A stretch of 64,000 nt of DNA from Candidatus Latescibacterota bacterium. Lineage in GTDB: Bacteria; Latescibacterota; UBA2968; SICM01. Shown here piece by piece: positions 37,944 through 47,858 of this stretch (positions within the stretch are counted from its first letter, which is position 1; every line of letters begins with the position of its first letter). Below the pieces are notes generated by a model. The model saw nothing but the letters and a program-made list of their open reading frames with translations. It did not search any database and was not told the origin of the DNA. The position numbers and the translations under genes were made by a program. The stretch covers positions 3,872,001-3,936,000 of the forward strand of contig CBDCJO010000002.1 of the NCBI GenBank assembly GCA_965217865.1, read 5' to 3'.

Positions 37944-40112
37944 ATGTCCACTGTTGAACGGCGCAAGGCCTTTTTTATCCAGCAGGGAAAAGACTTCGGA
38001 GACGCCCACTTCGATCCCGAACTTGACCTTGTGGTCTACCGGGGCCAACATGCCATCCGGGAATCTCTCTGGTATGCGTTGGGCCTTCTCAACGAAGTCG
38101 ATCCCGAGTCGCATCTCCGGGCCTGCAGGATCGTCCGTAGGGGGATTGCAACGCAGGAGATTGACGTATCCAACCGCTGGTATGGGGTTATGAAGACCAG
38201 CTGGGAGGAAGAGACTTATTCTGATCTCAACGGGGTGGCGTTCAACGGGGCCACTTTTGCGGGTATCTATCATCACTACCGGGACCGGCTTGACCCGGTG
38301 ACCGAAGAACAGGTACGGTCGGCCTTAGGGCGATCGCTTGAGGCCATCCGCCGGCGAGATGATCCGGTGGGCCATATGAATATGACATTGTCGTCCAGCT
38401 TGTCATTGATCATCGGCGGTCAGGACCTCGGGAATGAAGAGCTTCGGATTCTGGGTGAGAAGAAACTGTTTGGCTGGATCGAATATACCAATCTGGCAGG
38501 CGGCCCGAGGGACTATAACAACCTTGCATCTGGGGGGATTGCCCTCTCATCACTGGCTGAAATCGCGAACTTCGCGAAAGATCCGGAAGTCCGGTTGCGC
38601 GCACGTGCTTCCGAAGCCCGCCTATGGCTCCATCTGGCAACCCATTTTCACCCCGCCACGCATCAACTGGCAGGCCCGCATAGTCGGGCATACCACGAAG
38701 AGATCACCTTTAATCCCTCTTCCACCAAGGGCTGTCTCTACATCCTTTTGGGAGACGATGCGTTGATGGGGGAACTCAAATCAGATCAAGATATCCTGAG
38801 CGGGATCGTCATCGGGATGAGGACGTTCCACTGCCCTGACCCGATTCAGCGAATTTTCCTCCGAAAGACCTTCCCTTATATGGCCCGCGAAAAGACGGAT
38901 GCCGAACCTCAAATCCGATTCGGTCTAAGCGAAGCCGGTCAACTGGAGGTTGATCATCGGAGAGGGGAGTTCCGTATGGTGAAGACGGGGAGATTCAATG
39001 CGTCGGGGGGAAGCCGAGTGACGGATACGACTTGCTACATGAGGGCTGCCTATGCCCTTGGAACGGTCAATCAGCAGACCGTCGACTGCCATCGACACAA
39101 TCTGATTTTATACTATTCGATAGGAAAGAACAGCCGAAAGCCGGGGAGTTTCCGGGTGGTCCACGGAAATTTCAGGGGATCGGAAGAAAAGCGTCACCCC
39201 TTGCACCATCAGGCGATTTTCATCTCCGCACAAAACAGGAACCGGGCGATCGTTCTCCATACGTGTCCGCCGGTACGAACGGAGGCCATCACCTGTCTGG
39301 GGGCTTTTCTCAAGCTTCCTGAAAAGGTCGAAGGCTTGAACATCGGAGAACGAAAAGTGGTCCGCCTGCCGGTGGAAATTCCGGAGTCTGCCTGGGTGTT
39401 CCTGTCGGATGGGGGGGTCTATATTGCGATTCGACCCTTGGCCCGAACGGCCTTCGGGCGCAACAGCGCAGCCCGCATCGAACGAGGGGATGGTGCCCTG
39501 TATCTGAACATGCACAATTATGCGGGCCGGAGCCGTTCCTTTCCAGCAGAGCGAATGGGAACGCTCCGAAACGGGTATCTATTCGAAGTGGCGGACCGTA
39601 GGGAGGTCAAGACATTTGAAGCTTTCCGCTCACGGGTTTCCCGGACAAAAGTGGAGGACCGCACCACGAGCGGGGTTCGGTCTGTCCTCTGGGGGAGCGG
39701 GGGAGACAACCTTTTTCTTGAGTTGGAGACGGGTCGGGAGGTCACGGCGACGCGTTCGTTTGACGACGAACCGTATTCCCCCCCGAGTCTGGATGCTCCG
39801 AATGCTGCCCAGAGCAGCAGCGGTCAAATCAAGATCGGGAATGCCGATCTGAGCTGGACGGGAGGGATCCCTCTTGTTTTGATCGCAGAGGCGAAGGAAG
39901 CGTGTGTCATCAATCCTTCCACCGGAACCGGAAATGTCACATTGCGTATTCCGGGGGCGACGGTCTGGGTGGGAGCGATGTCCCCCGGTCATATCATCGT
40001 TGAGGACGGGAGAGTCATCAGGATAACATTGAACCTCTCACCCACGACAGGCCCGGTAAATGTTGAGACCGATGGGCGGGAGCACGAGATTGTCCGAAAG
40101 ATCGTTCACTGA
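37944..40112 (+). CDS. Large hypothetical protein, probable alpha-toroid/beta-sandwich (lyase-like) fold
   Basis: 722 aa; helical N-half with QLAGPHSRAY, beta-rich C-half. Fold is inferred. Confidence 0.6.
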   Translation: MSTVERRKAFFIQQGKDFGDAHFDPELDLVVYRGQHAIRESLWYALGLLNEVDPESHLRACRIVRRGIATQEIDVSNRWYGVMKTSWEEETYSDLNGVAFNGATFAGIYHHYRDRLDPVTEEQVRSALGRSLEAIRRRDDPVGHMNMTLSSSLSLIIGGQDLGNEELRILGEKKLFGWIEYTNLAGGPRDYNNLASGGIALSSLAEIANFAKDPEVRLRARASEARLWLHLATHFHPATHQLAGPHSRAYHEEITFNPSSTKGCLYILLGDDALMGELKSDQDILSGIVIGMRTFHCPDPIQRIFLRKTFPYMAREKTDAEPQIRFGLSEAGQLEVDHRRGEFRMVKTGRFNASGGSRVTDTTCYMRAAYALGTVNQQTVDCHRHNLILYYSIGKNSRKPGSFRVVHGNFRGSEEKRHPLHHQAIFISAQNRNRAIVLHTCPPVRTEAITCLGAFLKLPEKVEGLNIGERKVVRLPVEIPESAWVFLSDGGVYIAIRPLARTAFGRNSAARIERGDGALYLNMHNYAGRSRSFPAERMGTLRNGYLFEVADRREVKTFEAFRSRVSRTKVEDRTTSGVRSVLWGSGGDNLFLELETGREVTATRSFDDEPYSPPSLDAPNAAQSSSGQIKIGNADLSWTGGIPLVLIAEAKEACVINPSTGTGNVTLRIPGATVWVGAMSPGHIIVEDGRVIRITLNLSPTTGPVNVETDGREHEIVRKIVH

Positions 40113-40133
40113 GGCCACAAGATAGGAGGGACA

Positions 40134-40601
40134 ATGGAGAAATCTCCGACCGAAGATCTGGTCAAGCTGATTCGAGGGATTTCGCTATTCAAGACGTTCA
40201 CTCCGCATGAAGCCCAGGCGGTGCTGCGCATTGCCAAGTCCAAAAAGTGCGATCCTCGGCAGATCGTGTATGAAAAAGGAGAGGCCAGCAGTGAGATGTT
40301 TATCCTGTGGAAGGGGTCCCTCCTCGTCCAGTCTGAGAAGGGGATCAACATCGCCAGAATCGGGCTCGGAGAGTCTGTGGGCGAGATCGGAGTCATGACC
40401 AACGCGCCCCGTTCCGCCCGGGTCGTCGCCCCCGAAGAGTGTTATGGCCTGTCCATACAGAAGGGCGAACTATTGAACCTGCTGAAGTCCGAGAAAGATC
40501 TCTGCATCAAGTTTCAACGTAATCTGATCGATTTGCTTGCCGATCGAATCCGGAAAACGGATGATCTGATCGACACGTATGCGAGCAAAGAAAGGGATTA
40601 G
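40134..40601 (+). CDS. Stand-alone cyclic nucleotide-binding domain protein
   Basis: YEKGE, GESVGEIG..PRSARV phosphate-binding cassette; no HTH. Confidence 0.9.
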   Translation: MEKSPTEDLVKLIRGISLFKTFTPHEAQAVLRIAKSKKCDPRQIVYEKGEASSEMFILWKGSLLVQSEKGINIARIGLGESVGEIGVMTNAPRSARVVAPEECYGLSIQKGELLNLLKSEKDLCIKFQRNLIDLLADRIRKTDDLIDTYASKERD

Positions 40602-40667
40602 AATTTGGACCTGCCGATAGGTCGCACACCGTATCTTGCAAAAGTTTGGATCCACCCTTTATAGAAG

Positions 40668-40704
40668 AACAGGCATTCAGGGCAGAATCCCGAATGCCTG
40701 TTTT
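40668..40704. terminator. Hairpin between convergent cNMP gene and tRNA (likely bidirectional terminator)
   Basis: AACAGGCATTC..GAATGCCTGTTTT. Confidence 0.7.
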
Positions 40705-40717
40705 CGTCACGTGAATT

Positions 40718-40793
40718 TGGTAGCGGTGGAGGGACTCGAACCCCCGGCCCAAGGATTATGATTCCTCTGCTCTACCAGCTGAGCTACACCGCC
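40718..40793 (-). tRNA. tRNA-Met(CAT), elongator type
   Basis: Reverse complement GGCGGTGTAGCTCAGCTGGTAGAGCAGAGGAATCATAATCCTTGGGCCGGGGGTTCGAGTCCCTCCACCGCTACCA; 76 nt, encoded CCA, no initiator hallmarks. Confidence 0.95.
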
Positions 40794-40823
40794 CGCAAAT
40801 CGCTTGGTAAAACGTCAAGTATA

Positions 40824-40852
40824 ATATTAACACAACGATTTGTCCGGGTCAA
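40824..40852 (-). promoter_or_regulatory. Promoter for tRNA-Met
   Basis: Minus strand TTGACC-N17-TAATAT. Confidence 0.6.
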
Positions 40853-40897
40853 GGGAAATAGAACCGCAGGGAACAACGGAATATCTCCTGAAACCTT

Positions 40898-41788
40898 ATG
40901 ATGGATCGAACCTCCGTGTCCACCATCCTCGAAAATCCCTACATCGAATCGACCGCGTGGTTGCGGGGAAATCTTCACGCGCACACGACGATCAGCGATG
41001 GGGAAAAGCGGTCATCGCCGATTATGAGCGACGAGGCTACGATTTTCTGTCGATCAGCGATCACGACAGGCTGGTTTCTCCGGAGACCTATCAGAAGGGG
41101 ACAAACCTGTCGTTGATCCGCGGGGTTGAAGTCACTGCCGAGGGTCCTCATATCCTTCACGTGAATGCGCACGACACCGTCGAGCCTGTCCGGGACCGCC
41201 AGAAGGTCCTAGATGGGATCCAGCGAGGGGGCGGGTTCTCGGTTTTATGCCATCCGAACCTGGGTCCTCGCTGCGACCATTTTCAACAACGCTCAATGGA
41301 GACGCTGGAAGGCTTCGTCGGGATTGAGATCTACAACGGCGTGGTTGAAAGATGCGGGGGGAGGGCATTGGCCACCGACCGCTGGGATATCCTCCTGAGT
41401 TCCGGGCGTCGGATATGGGGGTTTGCGGACGACGATTCGCACCGTCCCGGTGACGTCGGGCTGGCCTGGAATGTGGTGCAGTCGGAAAACCGGTCAACAG
41501 AGGCGATCATCACGGCCATCCGACAGGGGCGCTTCTATAGCCTCCACAGGGGTGACGATTCGGAGCGTTCGTGTCGAGGGCGGCGAGATCCACGTTCAAA
41601 CCGTGGATGCGTACCGGATCCGATTTGTGAGCGGGTTCGGCGTCATACAGGCCTCCGCAGACAGCCAGGATGCGACCTACCCCGTACCGGAGGACAGGGA
41701 TTTGGCCCGGAGCCTTCGGTATATCCGCGCTGAATGTTACGGTATCGGCGGCCGTTGCGCCTGGACCCAGCCCATTTTCATCTCATGA
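40898..41788 (+). pseudogene. PHP-family (CehA/McbA-like) metallohydrolase broken by two frame breaks (~41005, ~41541)
   Basis: RGNLHAHTTISDG; GYDFLSISDHD..CHP..IEIYN..DDSH..IRQGRFY; STGV..YIRAE..AWTQPIF lie in successive frames. Confidence 0.85.
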
Positions 41789-42720
41789 ACCCGCCTGGAC
41801 AAACCCGAGCCCGGGAATATCAAGAGGATCAAATCTTCAAAGTTCGTGGGGGGAACCTCTCAGCCGTATCCTGCGATTCGGTCCTTCGTCAGTTTGCTGA
41901 GTTTGCGGCGCACGGGAGGAAAGACCATAACGGGAGGGGAGACCATATCGGTTTGGACCTCTCAGAACTGACATTCGTCGATCCTTACGGTATGGGGATG
42001 CTCTGTCTCATCGCCCGATATCTCAACCGGACATTTCGGAAGGTATCATGCAAAGTTCCCGATGCGGATTCGGTGCGAAGATATCTGAGCCGAATGAATG
42101 TCCTCGACGCCCTCGGTCGGTTCGTTTCATTTGAGGGGAGTCCCATTCCCGTCCGACACGTCGTTTCACGGGAGGGGCTTCTCGAAGTGACGCCGATCAA
42201 CCAGCAGGGGGACGTGGAATCTCTGCTCCATCTTATCGGACGCCGGGTAAGCGCAATCCTTGCGGAAGAGTTGAATTTCAGGGAACGGGATATCACGGGT
42301 TTCAAGAACGTTGTGGCCGAACTCTGTCACAACGTGCTCGACCACAGCTGCGATTGGGGATATGTCGCGGCCCAGCGGTTTATGGATCAGCGGCGGGGAA
42401 AGAAGTTTGCGATCATCGGCGTTGGAGATCTGGGGATCGGCATACGAGAGAGCCTGGCCACCCGGTACGACGTGTCGAATTGGTCGCACGCGACGGCCAT
42501 CACCAATGCCGTTCGAAAGCAGTTCTCCCGCGACCCCACGCGCGGCCTCGGACTCTACGTCGTCAACCGGATTTGCGGGATCTATGGGGGGAGCCTTCAC
42601 ATCAGGTCCGGCAATGCGCGCGTCTATTTTCGAAGCAGGTCCGTGTACCGAAACGAAATCGCGTCTTTTCCAGGCACTCAGATCAGCATCACGTTGTATC
42701 AATCCGATGGCGGGCGATGA
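41785..42720 (+). CDS. STAS-like + GHKL/HATPase (anti-sigma-kinase-like) ATP-binding protein
   Basis: LDLSELTFVDP (STAS-like); AELCHNVLDHS, DLGIGI, RGLGL, FPGT GHKL boxes; ATGA overlap with the PHP gene. Confidence 0.85.
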   Translation: MNPPGQTRAREYQEDQIFKVRGGNLSAVSCDSVLRQFAEFAAHGRKDHNGRGDHIGLDLSELTFVDPYGMGMLCLIARYLNRTFRKVSCKVPDADSVRRYLSRMNVLDALGRFVSFEGSPIPVRHVVSREGLLEVTPINQQGDVESLLHLIGRRVSAILAEELNFRERDITGFKNVVAELCHNVLDHSCDWGYVAAQRFMDQRRGKKFAIIGVGDLGIGIRESLATRYDVSNWSHATAITNAVRKQFSRDPTRGLGLYVVNRICGIYGGSLHIRSGNARVYFRSRSVYRNEIASFPGTQISITLYQSDGGR

Positions 42721-43429
42721 ATTTGTCGACCGACCGGCACATCTTGTGGATGGTGGCCACATCCCGCCGTTCCAGCTGAACCCGACCGAAAACCCTGCGA
42801 ACCGATCGCATAAAAGAATCCGATGCCTTGTGCGAAACGAAACCGAGTCGCGTCAACGCCATCTGGATGTGTCCGTACATCCCCTCCATTTGGTCAAAAG
42901 GGGCCAGTTCGAGGTCGGGTCCCGCGGGATTTCCACGAACCGCCTGGGCCATTTCGTAACAGAAAATGACGGCCGCCTGGGCAAGATTGAGGGATGGGTA
43001 CGGGGTTTCGGAAGGGATAGAGGAGACGAGAGAACAGAAGCGTAATTCCTGATTTGAGAGTCCCCTGCTTTCCCTACCGATGACAAGGGCACCGCGTTGT
43101 CCAGAGGGCAACCCGGTCAATCGGCGGGCGGCCTCAGAAGGAGGGTAGAGGGGAGGCCGGTCCTCCCGCTGATCGTGTGTGGTTCCCACTGCCAAGGCCA
43201 CACCTTTGAGGGCTTCCGGTATCGAACTGCAGACCGTGGCTTTATGGAGAAGGTCGTGCGATCCGTGGGCCATCTTCCGCGCCTCGGGGACGTCGAACGG
43301 AACGGGGTTGACAAGGACCAGTCGGGAGAATCCCATCGTTTTCATAGCTCTTCCGACCGACCCTATGTTTCCCGGTTCTTCAGGCTCGACCAGGACGATG
43401 GAGATGTGATCGAGTTTTTCGTTGCTCAT
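42689..43429 (-). CDS. trmJ: tRNA position-32 2'-O-methyltransferase (SPOUT, TrmJ/LasT family)
   Basis: IVLVEP..PGNIGSVGRAMK, GRESRGLSN, YPSLNLAQA. Confidence 0.9.
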   Translation of the reverse strand: MSNEKLDHISIVLVEPEEPGNIGSVGRAMKTMGFSRLVLVNPVPFDVPEARKMAHGSHDLLHKATVCSSIPEALKGVALAVGTTHDQREDRPPLYPPSEAARRLTGLPSGQRGALVIGRESRGLSNQELRFCSLVSSIPSETPYPSLNLAQAAVIFCYEMAQAVRGNPAGPDLELAPFDQMEGMYGHIQMALTRLGFVSHKASDSFMRSVRRVFGRVQLERRDVATIHKMCRSVDKFIARHRIDTT

Positions 43430-43438
43430 GGTGAGCGG

Positions 43439-43467
43439 AGTTTAGCACAATCCTCACAGCCTGTCAA
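43439..43467 (-). promoter_or_regulatory. Promoter giving a near-leaderless trmJ transcript
   Basis: Minus strand TTGACA-N17-TAAACT ending 9 nt before the ATG; no SD. Confidence 0.6.
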
Positions 43468-43506
43468 GAGGGGAGGGAAATCCGTAGGATGAAGAATGGG
43501 GAATGA

Positions 43507-44454
43507 ATGATCCTTTCGACGATTGAACCGGTCATCCCACTTCTTCACCACGTTCATATCGACCCGGCGCGAGCGGTGAATCTTGCGGTGTCGCTTGCCC
43601 GGTCAGGATTGGACCTTCCCGCGTGGCGGGATCCCGTCTTTCCGAAGGACGACGATGGCCAGACAGCCGCCCTTTTCTGCACAGCTAACACGGTGAATTT
43701 CTCCTTCTGGGGGGAACCTAAATGGACGGTTACGTATCGCGGGATGCGATATGATGGAACCTTCGGTCTGTTCGCCTCCTTTCTCAGGGGACTCGAGGAA
43801 GGCATCCCGATCATCGAAGGCCCCTATCTTCGCGACCTGACCGCCGAGGACCTCCGGCATCTGTTTAGGGGAAATGTCGAAATTCCGATGTTCGACGAAC
43901 GCCTGGCAGCCCTTCGAGAGGGCGGTGGGATTTTGGTCGAGAAATATGAGGGCTCCTGGTTATCGCTCCTGAATGCCGCGAACAAAAGCGCCCTCAGTCT
44001 GGTCGGCCTCCTGGCGAAGAATTTTCCGTCTTTCAACGATCATGCTGTTATAGATGGACATGCTGTCAATTTCCACAAAAGGGCGCAACTTATCCCTGCG
44101 ATGCTTTACGGTCGCTTTAAGGGGTCATCATACGGAGAATTCAAAGACATGGAATTTTTGTCATGTTTTGTGGATTACAAACTCCCGCAGATTCTCCGGC
44201 GGTTTGGGGTCATCTCCTATGGGGCCGACCTGGCACATCGGGTGGATTCCCTGATTGAACTTCCGCCCGGGGGGCGAGAAGAGGTGGAGATTCGGGCCGC
44301 GACAATCTGGTGCTGCGAGTTGATTCGCAGCACCTGCAGTCAACTCGTCTCAGGGGCCATGGCGGTTCAGGTTGATGCGGCCCTCTGGTCCACGGGGCAG
44401 GCGAAGGATTTCGAGGATCGGCCCTACCATCGAACCCGATCGATCTTTTATTGA
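43507..44454 (+). CDS. Queuosine salvage protein (DUF2419/Qng1 family)
   Basis: NFSFW, FPSFND, FHKRAQL, DYKLPQ, EVEIRA, VDAALW, terminal HRTRSIFY. Confidence 0.9.
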   Translation: MILSTIEPVIPLLHHVHIDPARAVNLAVSLARSGLDLPAWRDPVFPKDDDGQTAALFCTANTVNFSFWGEPKWTVTYRGMRYDGTFGLFASFLRGLEEGIPIIEGPYLRDLTAEDLRHLFRGNVEIPMFDERLAALREGGGILVEKYEGSWLSLLNAANKSALSLVGLLAKNFPSFNDHAVIDGHAVNFHKRAQLIPAMLYGRFKGSSYGEFKDMEFLSCFVDYKLPQILRRFGVISYGADLAHRVDSLIELPPGGREEVEIRAATIWCCELIRSTCSQLVSGAMAVQVDAALWSTGQAKDFEDRPYHRTRSIFY

Positions 44455-44494
44455 CCTCCCCCCCACTGGCCTATTCACCCCTGAAGGATCCTCC

Positions 44495-45205
44495 GTGGAT
44501 ATCGTCGTGGCCTTTGTCCTGGGCCTGTTGTTCGTCTGTGTTTTTCCGGTTTGGGTCCTCCTGGATGGGGAATTCCGGGGGGGGAGCCTCAGCGGAAATA
44601 TTGCAGTCGGTATTTTTTTCGGGCTTTTCGGTTTAGGGGGGACGTGGGATGGGGAAGTGTTCCGGCTCAGATTGCTTTTCTTCAGGAGGCTGAGTCTTTT
44701 CCTCCCGAGTCGCACCAGACGACCCGGTGCGGAACCGGGTAAAAGGACTTCCCAACCTGCCGAGGAAGGGCGTCCTGGAGGTCCCCAATGGGCTCAGTGG
44801 ATGGAAAGGGCAAAGGAGGTCTGGGTTTCTTCCAGCCATTTCTTCGGACCGGGGAAGCGGTTCCTGAACCGATTTTGGCGGTCACTCCGGCTGCAACGGG
44901 CAAGCTGTGACATCGTCCTGGGTACCGGGGATCCAGCCCAGACAGGTCGAATTTCGGGGATGATCCTGGCCGTCCGATCCCTTCTTGGCCCCAGGGTTCG
45001 AATCGGGATCGATCCCAGGTTCCTTCTCCGGACTTTCGAAGTCCGGGGCTCGCTTGTCTTCTGGTTGAACTTCACCAAGCTCATCGCAGCGGTCGTAAAC
45101 CTGGGTGTCGCATTGGGGGGTATGGCGGTCAGGGATTTTTTTCTGGGTTTTTCGGATAGGCTGAGACGAAAGATCGGTCGGTGCGTTTTTCGGGTTGCAA
45201 GATGA
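44495..45205 (+). CDS. DUF2953 (YtfI-like) protein
   Basis: LGTGDPAQTG..I.IDPRF motif; adjacent to YtfJ; GTG 44495 inferred. Confidence 0.75.
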   Translation: MDIVVAFVLGLLFVCVFPVWVLLDGEFRGGSLSGNIAVGIFFGLFGLGGTWDGEVFRLRLLFFRRLSLFLPSRTRRPGAEPGKRTSQPAEEGRPGGPQWAQWMERAKEVWVSSSHFFGPGKRFLNRFWRSLRLQRASCDIVLGTGDPAQTGRISGMILAVRSLLGPRVRIGIDPRFLLRTFEVRGSLVFWLNFTKLIAAVVNLGVALGGMAVRDFFLGFSDRLRRKIGRCVFRVAR

Positions 45206-45250
45206 TCTGCTTTCCCGGTAAACGACGGTCCGAATCCAAGGGAGCCTGAG

Positions 45251-45652
45251 ATGGCCAAGCCGGTTGAAGAATTGATCAGGACGCTTCTGGGCGAGTTCCA
45301 ACAGATTGTAAAGACAGAAACGGTCATCGGGGACCCGCTCACAGTAGGGGACGTAACCATCATTCCAGTGTCCAAGGTTTCGTTCGGATTCGGGGCGGGT
45401 GGCCGTGGGACTGAGGAGGGAAAGTCCAGCGGGGGAAGCGGTTCGGGAGGCGGTGCGACCCTGGAACCACTTGCGTTTCTCGTCGTGTCCAAGGGACGGG
45501 TGCAGCTCCTTCCGCTCAAGGAGAAGGAGGGGACACTCGATAAGGTGTTGGAACTGGTTCCGGATCTTTATTCAAAAATCCGCGAATTTCGTGGCATGCG
45601 TGACAAGAAAAAGGAAAGCGGGGGGGATCCGGCGCCACCTCCCAAAACTTAG
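45251..45652 (+). CDS. YtfJ/GerW-family protein
   Basis: TVIGDP..TIIPVSKVSFGFGAGG..GGG..PLAFLV. Confidence 0.9.
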   Translation: MAKPVEELIRTLLGEFQQIVKTETVIGDPLTVGDVTIIPVSKVSFGFGAGGRGTEEGKSSGGSGSGGGATLEPLAFLVVSKGRVQLLPLKEKEGTLDKVLELVPDLYSKIREFRGMRDKKKESGGDPAPPPKT

Positions 45653-45713
45653 GTGCCCCGCCGAAGTCTGAAGAGGTCCCGGTTCGGGTTTAGATGGGAT
45701 TGGTAATTTCCGC

Positions 45714-45742
45714 TTGACACTGTGTGATTTCTGGAATATCAT
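45714..45742 (+). promoter_or_regulatory. Sigma70 promoter of the nuo operon
   Basis: TTGACA-N17-TATCAT. Confidence 0.75.
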
Positions 45743-45808
45743 TTCCACTCTTGCTTTTGAAGCCGGGGAATAAATCCGACAACCGCGAATTTCATTCGGG
45801 TTATCGCC

Positions 45809-46192
45809 ATGTTGCTCGATTATGCAAACGTCCTCGTTTTTTTATGCCTCGGGGCAATCTTCGTCGTGTTCAATCTTTTTGTCGGTTGGATTCTCAGGCC
45901 CAACAATCCGGCACCGGAAAAGCTCACGACTTACGAATGCGGTGAGGAACCGGTTGGCGGATCGTGGGTTCAGTTCAACATCCGGTTCTATATTGTCTCC
46001 CTGGTCTATATTATCTTCGCTGTCGAGATCGTATTCATTTACCCCTGGGCGGTGGTATTCAAAGATCTCGGTCTGTTTGCGTTTGTACAGATGATGATTT
46101 TCATGGGCATTCTGATGCTCGGCCTGGCCTATGATTGGAGGAAGGGGGACCTGGACTGGGTGAAGCCGGAAACCCCTTACACCCGTTCCTGA
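45809..46192 (+). CDS. nuoA: NADH-quinone oxidoreductase subunit A
   Basis: [26 protein letters not shown]. Confidence 0.96.
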   Translation: MLLDYANVLVFLCLGAIFVVFNLFVGWILRPNNPAPEKLTTYECGEEPVGGSWVQFNIRFYIVSLVYIIFAVEIVFIYPWAVVFKDLGLFAFVQMMIFMGILMLGLAYDWRKGDLDWVKPETPYTRS

Positions 46193-46238
46193 TTGTCTCG
46201 GATCTGGATTCCATTACACGAAATTCGGAGATTCTTAC

Positions 46239-46715
46239 TTGAGTCCGGCTGAAATCCATCAGCGTCTGAAGGATCGATTCGGAGAAGCGATCTTAGATTT
46301 CCAAGAAGCTGCCATCGAACCGACGGTCAAAGTGGCTGCAGGGAACATCGCCGAGGTTTGTGCTTTTCTGAGAGATGAGGCCGACCTCCGCTTCGACTCC
46401 CTGATGTCCCTGAGCGGGGTCGATGATCCCTCGGGGGACCTTGTCGTGGTTTATCATCTTTTCTCCATGGTCCACCGACATCGAATTGCGCTCAAGGTTT
46501 ATGTGTCCCGCGACAATCCGGTTGTTCCCACCGTGGAACACGTATGGAGTGCCGCCAACTGGCACGAGAGGGAGGCCTACGACATGGTCGGGGTCGTCTT
46601 CGACGGACATCCTGATCTGCGCCGAATTCTATGTCCGGACGACTGGGAAGGGTTTCCGCTCAGGAAGGATTACGAGGTCCAGGAATACTATCGCGGAATG
46701 AAGGTGGAGGTCTGA
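46239..46715 (+). CDS. nuoC: NADH-quinone oxidoreductase subunit C
   Basis: ANWHEREAYDMVG..GHPDLRRI..GFPLRKDY. Confidence 0.96.
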   Translation: MSPAEIHQRLKDRFGEAILDFQEAAIEPTVKVAAGNIAEVCAFLRDEADLRFDSLMSLSGVDDPSGDLVVVYHLFSMVHRHRIALKVYVSRDNPVVPTVEHVWSAANWHEREAYDMVGVVFDGHPDLRRILCPDDWEGFPLRKDYEVQEYYRGMKVEV

Positions 46716-46716
46716 C

Positions 46717-47856
46717 GTGGCAGAAGTCGTCGATACAACGGATGTCAACAGCGAGGAGATGATCCTGAACATGGGACCGCAGCACCCCAGCACACACGGG
46801 GTTCTGCGTCTGGAGCTGGGGACGGATGGAGAGATCGTCTCGTGGGTGCGACCTCACATCGGGTATCTCCACCGTTGCTTCGAGAAGCACGCGGAAAACC
46901 TGACCTATCCCCAGGTGATTCCTTTCACCGACCGGATGGACTATCTCGCCTCCATGAACAACAACCTCGGGTATGTCCTGCCGATCGAGAAGATGATGGA
47001 CCTGAAAGTGCCGGAACGCGTGGAATATATCCGGGTAATTATGTGCGAGTTGAACCGAATTGCCAGTCATCTGATCTCTTTCGGGACCTATGGGATTGAC
47101 ATCGGGGCATTCACGCCCTTTCTATTCGCATTCAGGGAGCGGGAGCGTATCTTCGACCTCTTCGAGATGACCTGCGGGGCCCGAATGCTCTACAACTATA
47201 TCTGGGTGGGCGGTGTGTCTCACGACCTGCCCGACGGGTTTATAGAGCTCGCGACGAAATTCATCGATGACTTTCAAGGGAACATCGATGAATACAACAG
47301 TCTGCTGTCGGGGAATAAGATTTTCGTCTCAAGGACCGCCAATGTCGGCATCCTCCCCCCGGAGTTGGCGATCGATTACAACATCACGGGACCTAATTTG
47401 AGGGGTTCCGGGGTCAAGTGGGACCTGCGCCGGGACGATCCCTACTCGATTTACGACCGGTTCGATTTCGATATCCCGGTCGGCAGGGGGGAAATGGGGA
47501 CAGTGGGGGACTGCTGGGACCGCTACATGGTTCGCATCCGGGAGATGGAGCAGAGCGCCAAAATCTTAAAACAAGCCCTGAAGCAGATCCCGAAGGGAGA
47601 TGTCCACGCGGCCATCCCAAAACAGGTCAAACCGCCGAAAGACACGGAGTGCTATTTCCGGACTGAGAATCCCAGGGGGGAACTGGGGGTCTATATCGTC
47701 AGCGACGGTTCTAACAAACCCTATCGGGTCAAGATCAAGTCCCCCTGCTTTGTCGCCCTGGGCGTCCTTCCCGAGATTTGCAAAGGGGCCATGATCGCAG
47801 ACATCGTGGCCATCGTCGGATCCATCGATATCGTGCTTGGAGAGGTAGATCGCTAA
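46717..47856 (+). CDS. nuoD: NADH-quinone oxidoreductase subunit D
   Basis: [30 protein letters not shown], terminal GEVDR. Confidence 0.97.
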   Translation: MAEVVDTTDVNSEEMILNMGPQHPSTHGVLRLELGTDGEIVSWVRPHIGYLHRCFEKHAENLTYPQVIPFTDRMDYLASMNNNLGYVLPIEKMMDLKVPERVEYIRVIMCELNRIASHLISFGTYGIDIGAFTPFLFAFRERERIFDLFEMTCGARMLYNYIWVGGVSHDLPDGFIELATKFIDDFQGNIDEYNSLLSGNKIFVSRTANVGILPPELAIDYNITGPNLRGSGVKWDLRRDDPYSIYDRFDFDIPVGRGEMGTVGDCWDRYMVRIREMEQSAKILKQALKQIPKGDVHAAIPKQVKPPKDTECYFRTENPRGELGVYIVSDGSNKPYRVKIKSPCFVALGVLPEICKGAMIADIVAIVGSIDIVLGEVDR

Positions 47857-47858
47857 AC

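Noticed and set aside
40602-40793. tRNA-Met as the attachment site of an integrated element
   Set aside because: No integrase and no duplicated tRNA 3' end noticed.
46717-47856. NuoD as a group 4 [NiFe]-hydrogenase large subunit
   Set aside because: No N- or C-terminal CxxC nickel motifs; ends in the complex-I GEVDR.
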